From the NCBI GenBank assembly GCA_951406725.2, contig CATOCA020000001.1:2542001-2606000 (forward strand): a stretch of 64,000 nt of DNA. Reading direction: 5' to 3'. How positions within the stretch are numbered: the stretch's first letter is position 1; each line of letters starts with the position of its first letter. The position numbers were made by a program, and so were the translations under genes. This document shows, one piece after another, positions 52,601 through 64,000 of this stretch. The stretch is from Octopus vulgaris (Eukaryota). The notes below the pieces were generated by a model, which was not told where the DNA came from, did not search any database, and saw nothing but the letters and a program-made list of their open reading frames with translations.

Positions 52601-55600
52601 TTCGTGTGTTCGTTCTGTCTGCATAGCATCTACCTCGCTCTGTCTGTGTTCGTGTGTTCGTTCTGTCTGCATAGCATCTACCTCGCTCTGTCTGTGTACG
52701 TGTGTTCGTTCTGTCTGCATAGCATCTACCTCGCTCTGTCTGTGTTCGTGTGTTCTTTCTGTCTGCATAGCATCTACCTCGCTCTGTCTGTGTTCGTGTG
52801 TTCGTTCTGTCTGCATAGCATCTACCTCGCTCTGTCTGTGTTCGTGTGTTCGTTCTGTCTGCATAGCATCTACCTCGCTCTGTCTGTGTTCGTGTGTTCG
52901 TTCTGTCTGCATAGCATCTACCTCGCTCTGTCTGTGTTCGTGTGTTCGTTCTGTCTGCATAGCATCTACCTCGCTCTGTCTGTGTTCGTGTGTTCGTTTT
53001 GTCTGCATAGCATATACCTCGCTTTGTCTGTGTTCGTGTGTTCGTTTTGTCTGCATAGCATCTACCTCGCTCTGTCTGTGTTCGTGTGTTCGTTCTGTCT
53101 GCATAGCATCTACCTCGCTCTGTCTGTGTACGTGTGTTCGTTCTGTCTGCATAGCATCTACCTCGCTCTGTCTGTGTTCGTGTGTTCGTTCTGTCTGCAT
53201 AGCATCTACCTCGCTCTGTCTGTGTTCGTGTGTTCGTTCTGTCTGCATAGCATCTACCTCGCTCTGTCTGTGTTCGTGTGTTCGTTCTGTCTGCATAGCA
53301 TCTACCTCGCTCTGTCTGTGTTCGTGTGTTCGTTCTGTCTGCATAGCATCTACCTCGCTCTGTCTGTGTTCGTGTGTTCGTTCTGTCTGCATAGCATCTA
53401 CCTCGCTCTGTCTGTGTTCGTGTGTTCGTTCTGTCTGCATAGCATCTACCTCGCTCTGTCTGTGTACGTGTGTTCGTTCTGTCTGCATAGCATCTACCTC
53501 GCTCTGTCTGTGTTCGTGTGTTCGTTCTGTCTGCATAGCATCTACCTCGCTCTGTCTGTGTTCGTGTGTTCGTTCTGTCTGCATAGCATCTACCTCGCTC
53601 TGTCTGTGTTCGTGTGTTCGTTCTGTCTGCATAGCATCTACCTCGCTCTGTCTGTGTACGTGTGTTCGTTCTGTCTGCATAGCATATAACTCGCTCTGTC
53701 TGTGTACGTGTGTTCGTTCTGTCTGCATAGCATCTACCTCGCTCTGTCTGTGTTCGTGTGTTCGTTCTGTCTGCATAGCATCTACCTCGCTCTGTCTGTG
53801 TTCGTGTGTTCGTTCTGTCTGCATAGCATCTACCTCGCTCTGTCTGTGTTCGTGTGTTCGTTCTGTCTGCATAGCATCTACCTCGCTCTGTCTGTGTTCG
53901 TGTGTTCGTTCTGTCTGCATAGCATCTACCTCGCTCTGTCTGTGTTCGTGTGTTCGTTCTGTCTGCATAGCATCTACCTCGCTCTGTCTGTGTTCGTGTG
54001 TTCGTTCTGTCTGCATAGCATCTACCTCGCTCTGTCTGTGTTCGTGTGTTCGTTCTGTCTGCATAGCATCTACCTCGCTCTGTCTGTGTACGTGTGTTCG
54101 TTCTGTCTGCATAGCATCTACCTCGCTCTGTCTGTGTTCGTGTGTTCGTTCTGTCTGCATAGCATCTACCTCGCTCTGTCTGTGTTCGTGTGTTCGTTCT
54201 GTCTGCATAGCATCTACCTCGCTCTGTCTGTGTTCGTGTGTTCGTTCTGTCTGCATAGCATCTACCTCGCTCTGTCTGTGTTCGTGTGTTCGTTTTGTCT
54301 GCATTACATCTACCTCGCTCTGTCTGTGTAGGTGTGTTCGTTCTGTCTGCATAGCATCTACCTCGCTCTGTCTGTGTTCGTGTGTTCGTTCTGTCTGCAT
54401 AGCATCTACCTCGCTCTGTCTGTGTTCGTGTGTTCGTTCTGTCTGCATAGCATCTACCTCGCTCTGTCTGTGTTCGTGTGTTCGTTCTGTCTGCATAGCA
54501 TCTACCTCGCTCTGTCTGTGTTCGTGTGTTCGTTCTGTCTGCATAGCATCTACTCGCTCTGTCTGTGTTCGTGTGTTCGTTCTGTCTGCATAGATTACCT
54601 CGCTCTGTCTGTGTCGTGTGTTCGTTCTGTCTGCATAGCATCTACCTCGCTCTGTCTGTGTTCGTGTGTTCGTTCTGTCTGCATAGCATCTACCTCGCTC
54701 TGTCTGTGTTCGTGTGTTCGTTCTGTCTGCATAGCATCTACCTCGCTCTGTCTGTGTTCGTGTGTTCGTTCTGTCTGCATAGCATCTACCTCGCTCTGTC
54801 TGTGTCGTGTGTTCGTTCTGTCTGCATAGCATCTACCTCGCTCTGTCTGTGTTCGTGTGTTCGTTCTGTCTGCATAGCATCTACCTCGCTCTGTCTGTGT
54901 TCGTGTGTTCGTTCTGTCTGCATAGCATCTACCTCGCTCTGTCTGTGTACGTGTGTTCGTTCTGTCTGCATAGCATCTACCTCGCTCTGTCTGTGTACGT
55001 GTGTTCGTTCTGTCTGCATAGCATCTACCTCGCTCTGTCTGTGTTACGTGTGTTCGTTCTGTCTGCATAGCATCTACCTCGCTCTGTCTGTGTTCGTGTG
55101 TTCGTTCTGTCTGCATAGCATCTACCTCGCTCTGTCTGTGTACGTGTGTTCGTTCTGTCTGCATAGCATCTACCTCGCTCTGTCTGTGTTCGTGTGTTCG
55201 TTCTGTCTGCATAGCATCTACCTCGCTCTGTCTGTGTTCGTGTGTTCGTTCTGTCTGCATAGCATCTACCTCGCTCTGTCTGTGTTCGTGTGTTCGTTCT
55301 GTCTGCATAGCATCTACCTCGCTCTGTCTGTTCGTGTGTTCGTTCTGTCTGCATAGCATCTACCTCGCTCTGTCTGTGTACGTGTGTTCGTTCTGTCTGC
55401 ATAGCATCTACCTCGCTCTGTCTGTGTACGTGTGTTCGTTCTGTCTGCATAGCATCTACCTCGCTCTGTCTGTGTTCGTGTGTTCGTTCTGTCTGCATAG
55501 CATCTACCTCGCTCTGTCTGTGTACGTGTGTTCGTTCTGTCTGCATAGCATCTACCTCGCTCTGTCTGTGTTCGTGTGTTCGTTCTGTCTGCATAGCATC

Positions 55601-58600
55601 TACCTCGCTCTGTCTGTGTTCGTGTGTTCGTTCTGTCTGCATAGCATCTACCTCGCTCTGTCTGTGTACGTGTGTTCGTTCTGTCTGCATAGCATCTACC
55701 TCGCTCTGTCTGTGTACGTGTGTTCGTTCTGTCTGCATAGCATCTACCTCGCTCTGTCTGTGTTCGTGTGTTCGTTCTGTCTGCATAGCATCTACCTCGC
55801 TCTGTCTGTGTTCGTGTGTTCGTTCTGTCTGCATAGCATCTACCTCGCTCTGTCTGTGTTCGTGTGTTCGTTCTGTCTGCATAGCATCTACCTCGCTCTG
55901 TCTGTGTTCGTGTGTTCGTTCTGTCTGCATAGCATCTACCTCGCTCTGTCTGTGTTCGTGTGTTCGTTCTGTCTGCATAGCATCTACCTCGCTCTGTCTG
56001 TGTTCGTGTGTTCGTTCTGTCTGCATAGCATCTACCTCGCTCTGTCTGTGTTCGTGTGTTCGTTCTGTCTGCATAGCATCTACCTCGCTCTGTCTGTGTT
56101 CGTGTGTTCGTTCTGTCTGCATAGCATCTACCTCGCTCTGTCTGTGTTCGTGTGTTCGTTCTGTCTGCATAGCATCTACCTCGCTCTGTCTGTGTTCGTG
56201 TGTTCGTTCTGTCTGCATAGCATCTACCTCGCTCTGTCTGTGTTCGTGTGTTCGTTCTGTCTGCATAGCATCTACCTCGCTCTGTCTGTGTTCGTGTGTT
56301 CGTTCTGTCTGCATAGCATCTACCTCGCTCTGTCTGTGTTCGTGTGTTCGTTCTGTCTGCATAGCATCTACCTCGCTCTGTCTGTGTTCGTGTGTTCGTT
56401 CTGTCTGCATAGCATCTACCTCGCTCTGTCTGTGTTCGTGTGTTCGTTCTGTCTGCATAGCATCTACCTCGCTCTGTCTGTGTTCGTGTGTTCGTTCTGT
56501 CTGCATAGCATCTACCTCGCTCTGTCTGTGTTCGTGTGTTCGTTCTGTCTGCATAGCATCTACCTCGCTCTGTCTGTGTTCGTGTGTTCGTTCTGTCTGC
56601 ATAGCATCTACCTCGCTCTGTCTGTGTTCGTGTGTTCGTTCTGTCTGCATAGCATCTACCTCGCTCTGTCTGTGTTCGTGTGTTCGTTCTGTCTGCATAG
56701 CATCTACCTCGCTCTGTCTGTGTTCGTGTGTTCGTTCTGTCTGCATAGCATCTACCTCGCTCTGTCTGTGTTCGTGTGTTCGTTCTGTCTGCATAGCATC
56801 TACCTCGCTCTGTCTGTGTTCGTGTGTTCGTTCTGTCTGCATAGCATCTACCTCGCTCTGTCTGTGTTCGTGTGTTCGTTCTGTCTGCATAGCATCTACC
56901 TCGCTCTGTCTGTGTTCGTGTGTTCGTTCTGTCTGCATAGCATCTACCTCGCTCTGTCTGTGTTCGTGTGTTCGTTCTGTCTGCATAGCATCTACCTCGC
57001 TCTGTCTGTGTTCGTGTGTTCGTTCTGTCTGCATAGCATCTACCTCGCTCTGTCTGTGTTCGTGTGTTCGTTCTGTCTGCATAGCATCTACCTCGCTCTG
57101 TCTGTGTTCGTGTGTTCGTTCTGTCTGCATAGCATCTACCTCGCTCTGTCTGTGTTCGTGTGTTCGTTCTGTCTGCATAGCATCTACCTCGCTCTGTCTC
57201 GCTCTGTCTCTGATCTACCTGCTCTGTCTGTGTCGTGTGTTCGTTCTGTCTGCATAGCATCTACCTCGCTCTGTCTGTGTTCGTGTGTTCGTTCTGTCTG
57301 CATAGCATCTACCTCGCTCTGTCTGTGTTCGTGTGTTCGTTCTGTCTGCATAGCATCTACCTCGCTCTGTCTGTGTACGTGTGTTCGTTCTGTCTGCATA
57401 GCATCTACCTCGCTCTGTCTGTGTACGTGTGTTCGTTCTGTCTGCATAGCATCTACCTCGCTCTGTCTGTGTTCGTGTGTTCGTTCTGTCTGCATAGCAT
57501 CTACCTCGCTCTGTCTGTGTTCGTGTGTTCGTTCTGTCTGCATAGCATCTACCTCGCTCTGTCTGTGTTCGTGTGTTCGTTCTGTCTGCATAGCATCTAC
57601 CTCGCTCTGTCTGTGTTCGTGTGTTCGTTCTGTCTGCATAGCATCTACCTCGCTCTGTCTGTGTTCGTGTGTTCGTTCTGTCTGCATAGCATCTACCTCG
57701 CTCTGTCTGTGTTCGTGTGTTCGTTCTGTCTGCATAGCATCTACCTCGCTCTGTCTGTGTTCGTGTGTTCGTTCTGTCTGCATAGCATCTACCTCGCTCT
57801 GTCTGTGTTCGTGTGTTCGTTCTGTCTGCATAGCATCTACCTCGCTCTGTCTGTGTTCGTGTGTTCGTTCTGTCTGCATAGCATCTACCTCGCTCTGTCT
57901 GTGTACGTGTGTTCGTTCTGTCTGCATAGCATCTACCTCGCTCTGTCTGTGTTCGTGTGTTCGTTCTGTCTGCATAGCATCTACCTCGCTCTGTCTGTGT
58001 TCGTGTGTTCGTTCTGTCTGCATAGCATCTACCTCGCTCTGTCTGTGTTCGTGTGTTCGTTCTGTCTGCATAGCATCTACCTCGCTCTGTCTGTGTTCGT
58101 GTGTTCGTTCTGTCTGCATAGCATCTACCTCGCTCTGTCTGTGTTCGTGTGTTCGTTCTGTCTGCATAGCATCTACCTCGCTCTGTCTGTGTTCGTGTGT
58201 TCGTTCTGTCTGCATAGCATCTACCTCGCTCTGTCTGTGTTCGTGTGTTCGTTCTGTCTGCATAGCATCTACCTCGCTCTGTCTGTGTTCGTGTGTTCGT
58301 TCTGTCTGCATAGCATCTACCTCGCTCTGTCTGTGTTCGTGTGTTCGTTCTGTCTGCATAGCATCTACCTCGCTCTGTCTGTGTACGTGTGTTCGTTCTG
58401 TCTGCATAGCATCTACCTCGCTCTGTCTGTGTTCGTGTGTTCGTTCTGTCTGCATAGCATCTACCTCGCTCTGTCTGTGTTCGTGTGTTCGTTCTGTCTG
58501 CATAGCATCTACCTCGCTCTGTCTGTGTTCGTGTGTTCGTTCTGTCTGCATAGCATCTACCTCGCTCTGTCTGTGTTCGTGTGTTCGTTCTGTCTGCATA

Positions 58601-61600
58601 GCATCTACCTCGCTCTGTCTGTGTTCGTGTGTTCGTTCTGTCTGCATAGCATCTACCTCGCTCTGTCTGTGTTCGTGTGTTCGTTCTGTCTGCATAGCAT
58701 CTACCTCGCTCTGTCTGTGTTCGTGTGTTCGTTCTGTCTGCATAGCATCTACCTCGCTCTGTCTGTGTACGTGTGTTCGTTCTGTCTGCATAGCATCTAC
58801 CTCGCTCTGTCTGTGTTCGTGTGTTCGTTCTGTCTGCATAGCATCTACCTCGCTCTGTCTGTGTTCGTGTGTTCGTTCTGTCTGCATAGCATCTACCTCG
58901 CTCTGTCTGTGTTCGTGTGTTCGTTCTGTCTGCATAGCATCTACCTCGCTCTGTCTGTGTTCGTGTGTTCGTTCTGTCTGCATAGCATATACCTCGCTCT
59001 GTCTGTGTTCGTGTGTTCGTTTTGTCTGCATAGCACCTACCTCGCTCTGTCTGTGTTCGTGTGTTCGTTTTGTCTGCATAGCATATACCTCGCTTTGTCT
59101 GTGTACGTGTGTTCGTTTTGTCTGCATAGCATCTACCTCGCTCTGTCTGTGTTCGTGTGTTCGTTCTGTCTGCATAGCATCTACCTCGCTCTGTCTGTGT
59201 ACGTGTGTTCGTTCTGTCTGCATAGCATCTACCTCGCTCTGTCTGTGTTCGTGTGTTCGTTCTGTCTGCATAGCATCTACCTCGCTCTGTCTGTGTTCGT
59301 GTGTTCGTTCTGTCTGCATAGCATCTACCTCGCTCTGTCTGTGTTCGTGTGTTCGTTCTGTCTGCATAGCATCTACCTCGCTCTGTCTGTGTTCGTGTGT
59401 TCGTTCTGTCTGCATAGCATCTACCTCGCTCTGTCTGTGTTCGTGTGTTCGTTCTGTCTGCATAGCATCTACCTCGCTCTGTCTGTGTTCGTGTGTTCGT
59501 TCTGTCTGCATAGCATCTACCTCGCTCTGTCTGTGTTCGTGTGTTCGTTCTGTCTGCATAGCATCTACCTCGCTCTGTCTGTGTTCGTGTGTTCGTTCTG
59601 TCTGCATAGCATCTACCTCGCTCTGTCTGTGTTCGTGTGTTCGTTCTGTCTGCATAGCATCTACCTCGCTCTGTCTGTGTTCGTGTGTTCGTTCTGTCTG
59701 CATAGCATCTACCTCGCTCTGTCTGTGTTCGTGTGTTCGTTCTGTCTGCATAGCATCTACCTCGCTCTGTCTGTGTTCGTGTGTTCGTTCTGTCTGCATA
59801 GCATCTACCTCGCTCTGTCTGTGTACGTGTGTTCGTTCTGTCTGCATAGCATCTACCTCGCTCTGTCTGTGTTCGTGTGTTCGTTCTGTCTGCATAGCAT
59901 CTACCTCGCTCTGTCTGTGTTCGTGTGTTCGTTCTGTCTGCATAGCATCTACCTCGCTCTGTCTGTGTTCGTGTGTTCGTTCTGTCTGCATAGCATCTAC
60001 CTCGCTCTGTCTGTGTTCGTGTGTTCGTTCTGTCTGCATAGCATCTACCTCGCTCTGTCTGTGTTCGTGTGTTCGTTCTGTCTGCATAGCATCTACCTCG
60101 CTCTGTCTGTGTTCGTGTGTTCGTTCTGTCTGCATAGCATCTACCTCGCTCTGTCTGTTTTCGTGTGTTCGTTCTGTCTGCATAGCATCTACCTCGCTCT
60201 GTCTGTGTTCGTGTGTTCGTTCTGTCTGCATAGCATCTACCTCGCTCTGTCTGTGTTCGTGTGTTCGTTCTGTCTGCATAGCATCTACCTCGCTCTGTCT
60301 GTGTTCGTGTGTTCGTTCTGTCTGCATAGCATCTACCTCGCTCTGTCTGTGTTCGTGTGTTCGTTCTGTCTGCATAGCATCTACCTCGCTCTGTCTGTGT
60401 TCGTGTGTTCGTTCTGTCTGCATAGCATCTACCTCGCTCTGTCTGTGTTCGTGTGTTCGTTCTGTCTGCATAGCATCTACCTCGCTCTGTCTGTGTTCGT
60501 GTGTTCGTTCTGTCTGCATAGCATCTACCTCGCTCTGTCTGGGTTCGTGTGTTCGTTCTGTCTGCATAGCATCTACCTCGCTCTGTCTGTGTTCGTGTGT
60601 TCGTTCTGTCTGCATAGCATCTACCTCGCTCTGTCTGTGTTCGTGTGTTCGTTCTGTCTGCATAGCATCTACCTCGCTCTGTCTGTGTTCGTGTGTTTGT
60701 TCTGTCTGCATAGCATCTACCTCGCTCTGTCTGTGTTCGTGTGTTCGTTCTGTCTGCATAGCATCTACCTCGCTCTGTCTGTGTTCGTGTGTTCGTTCTG
60801 TCTGCATAGCATCTACCTCGCTCTGTCTGTGTTCGTGTGTTCGTTCTGTCTGCATAGCATCTACCTCGCTCTGTCTGTGTTCGTGTGTTCGTTCTGTCTG
60901 CATAGCATCTACCTCGCTCTGTCTGTGTTCGTGTGTTCGTTCTGTCTGCATAGCATCTACCTCGCTCTGTCTGTGTTCGTGTGTTCGTTCTGTCTGCATA
61001 GCATCTACCTCGCTCTGTCTGTGTACGTGTGTTCGTTCTGTCTGCATAGCATCTACCTCGCTCTGTCTGTGTCGTGTGTTCGTTCTGTCTGCATAGCATC
61101 TACCTCGCTCTGTCTGTGTTCGTGTGTTCGTTCTGTCTGCATAGCATCTACCTCGCTCTGTCTGTGTTCGTGTGTTCGTTCTGTCTGCATAGCATCTACC
61201 TCGCTCTGTCTGTGTTCGTGTGTTCGTTCTGTCTGCATAGCATCTACCTCGCTCTGTCTGTGTTCGTGTGTTCGTTCTGTCTGCATAGCATCTACCTCGC
61301 TCTGTCTGTGTACGTGTGTTCGTTCTGTCTGCATAGCATCTACCTCGCTCTGTCTGTGTTCGTGTGTTCGTTCTGTCTGCATAGCATCTACCTCGCTCTG
61401 TCTGTGTTCGTGTGTTCGTTCTGTCTGCATAGCATCTACCTCGCTCTGTCTGTGTTCGTGTGTTCGTTCTGTCTGCATAGCATCTACCTCGCTCTGTCTG
61501 TGTTCGTGTGTTCGTTCTGTCTGCATAGCATCTACCTCGCTCTGTCTGTGTTCGTGTGTTCGTTCTGTCTGCATAGCATCTACCTCGCTCTGTCTGTGTT

Positions 61601-64000
61601 CGTGTGTTCGTTCTGTCTGCATAGCATCTACCTCGCTCTGTCTGTGTTCGTGTGTTCGTTCTGTCTGCATAGCATCTACCTCGCTCTGTCTGTGTTCGTG
61701 TGTTCGTTCTGTCTGCATAGCATCTACCTCGCTCTGTCTGTTTTCGTGTGTTCGTTCTGTCTGCATAGCATCTACCTCGCTCTGTCTGGGTTCGTGTGTT
61801 CGTTTTGTCTGCATAGCATCTACCTCGCTCTGTCTGTTTTCGTGTGTTCGTTCTGTCTGCATAGCATCTACCTCGCTCTGTCTGGGTTCGTGTGTTCGTT
61901 CTGTCTGCATAGCATCTACCTCGCTCTGTCTGTGTTCGTGTGTTCGTTCTGTCTGCATAGCATCTACCTCGCTCTGTCTGTGTTCGTGTGTTCGTTCTGT
62001 CTGCATAGCATCTACCTCGCTCTGTCTGTGTTCGTGTGTTCGTTCTGTCTGCATAGCATAGCATCTACCTCGCTCTGTCTGTGTTCGTGTGTTCGTTCTG
62101 TCTGCATAGCATCTACCTCGCTCTGTCTGTGTTCGTGTGTTCGTTCTGTCTGCATAGCATCTACCTCGCTCTGTCTGTGTTCGTGTGTTCGTTCTGTCTG
62201 CATAGCATCTACCTCGCTCTGTCTGTGTTCGTGTGTTCGTTCTGTCTGCATAGCATCTACCTCGCTCTGTCTGTGTTCGTGTGTTCGTTCTGTCTGCATA
62301 GCATCTACCTCGCTCTGTCTGTGTTCGTGTGTTCGTTCTGTCTGCATAGCATCTACCTCGCTCTGTCTGTGTTCGTGTGTTCGTTCTGTCTGCATAGCAT
62401 CTACCTCGCTCTGTCTGTGTTCGTGTGTTCGTTCTGTCTGCATAGCATCTACCTCGCTCTGTCTGTGTTCGTGTGTTCGTTCTGTCTGCATAGCATCTAC
62501 CTCGCTCTGTCTGTGTTCGTGTGTTCGTTCTGTCTGCATAGCATCTACCTCGCTCTGTCTGTGTTCGTGTGTTCGTTCTGTCTGCATAGCATCTACCTCG
62601 CTCTGTCTGTGTTCGTGTGTTCGTTCTGTCTGCATAGCATCTACCTCGCTCTGTCAGTGTTCGCGTGTTCGTTTTGTCTGCATTACATCTACCTCGCTCT
62701 ATCAGTGTTCGTGTGTTCGTTCTGTCTGCATAGCATCTACCTCGCTCTGTCTGTGTTCGTGTGTTCGTTCTGTCTGCATAGCATCTACCTCGCTCTGTCT
62801 GTGTTCGTGTGTTCGTTCTGTCTGCATAGCATCTACCTCGCTCTGTCTGTGTTCGTGTGTTCGTTCTGTCTGCATAGCATCTACCTCGCTCTGTCTGTGT
62901 TCGTGTGTTCGTTCTGTCTGCATAGCATCTACCTCGCTCTGTCTGTGTTCGTGTGTTCGTTCTGTCTGCATAGCATCTACCTCGCTCTGTCAGTGTTCGT
63001 GTGTTCGTTCTGTCTGCATAGCATCTACCTCGCTCTGTCAGTGTTCGTGTGTTCGTTTTGTCTGCATAGCATCTACCTCGCTCTGTCTGTGTTCGTGTGT
63101 TCGTTCTGTCTGCATAGCATCTACCTCGCTCTGTCAGTGTTCGTGTGTTCGTTCTGTCTGCATAGCATCTACCTCGCTCTGTCTGTGTACGTGTGTTCGT
63201 TCTGTCTGCATAGCATCTACCTCGCTCTGTCAGTGTTCGTGTGTTCGTTCTGTCTGCATAGCATCTACCTCGCTCTGTCAGTGTTCGTGTGTTCGTTCTG
63301 TCTGCATAGCATCTACCTCGCTCTGTCTGTGTTCGTGTGTTCGTTCTGTCTGCATAGCATCTACCTCGCTCTGTCTGTGTTCGTGTGTTCGTTCTGTCTG
63401 CATAGCATCTACCTCGCTCTGTCTGTGTTCGTGTGTTCGTTCTGTCTGCATAGCATCTACCTCGCTCTGTCTGTGTTCGTGTGTTCGTTCTGTCTGCATA
63501 GCATCTACCTCGCTCTGTCAGTGTTCGTGTGTTCGTTCTGTCTGCATAGCATCTACCTCGCTCTGTCTGTGTTCGTGTGTTCGTTCTGTCTGCATAGCAT
63601 CTACCTCGCTCTGTCTGTGTTCGTGTGTTCGTTCTGTCTGCATAGCATCTACCTCGCTCTGTCTGTGTTCGTGTGTTCGTTCTGTCTGCATAGCATCTAC
63701 CTCGCTCTGTCTGTGTTCGTGTGTTCGTTCTGTCTGCATAGCATCTACCTCGCTCTGTCTGTGTTCGTGTGTTCGTTCTGTCTGCATAGCATCTACCTCG
63801 CTCTGTCTGTGTTCGTGTGTTCGTTCTGTCTGCATAGCATCTACCTCGCTCTGTCTGTGTTCGTGTGTTCGTTCTGTCTGCATAGCATCTACCTCGCTCT
63901 GTCTGTGTTCGTGTGTTCGTTCTGTCTGCATAGCATCTACCTCGCTCTGTCTGTGTTCGTGTGTTCGTTCTGTCTGCATAGCATCTACCTCGCTCTGTCT
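37665..64000. repeat. 48-bp tandem satellite/minisatellite array, about 550 copies, continues past window end
   Basis: Unit GTGTGTTCGTTCTGTCTGCATAGCATCTACCTCGCTCTGTCTGTGTTC repeated head-to-tail with rare variants (TTC/TAC, TCTAC/TATAC/TCGAC, TCTGT/TCAGT) and small indels. Confidence 0.99.

Noticed and set aside
37665-64000. CRISPR-like array
   Set aside because: Units are contiguous and near-identical with no unique spacers, there are no cas genes, and the context is eukaryotic.

Overview
Eukaryotic, AT-rich genomic DNA dense in microsatellites and SINEs. The repeat families look like those of Octopus/coleoid cephalopods; this is inference from recognition, not a database search. The minus strand of 1-37.6 kb carries 15 phase-compatible GT-AG exons (2093 nt, about 697 codons, no stops) of an adhesion GPCR that the ORF track mostly misses. 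Its order is N-terminal region, hormone-receptor (HormR)-like domain, GAIN domain/GPS, then TM1 to the start of TM7 (ADGRG-like). Both gene ends lie outside the window. The GPS reads CSCDRL-KSFAVLM instead of canonical HL|T/S, so the receptor is predicted not to self-cleave. Its introns hold a decayed full-length mariner, a CR1-type LINE, a Penelope element (RT + GIY-YIG), a minimal Penelope-type hammerhead ribozyme on the gene's sense strand, an ORF1-only retroelement inserted into a SINE head with a 7-bp TSD, MITEs and many SINEs. From about 37,665 to the window end is a very homogeneous 48-bp tandem satellite (about 550 copies, over 26 kb) that starts about 75 bp from an exon acceptor. Nearly all long ORFs in the supplied track are artefacts of this satellite or of microsatellites. 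No CRISPR or prokaryotic system is present.
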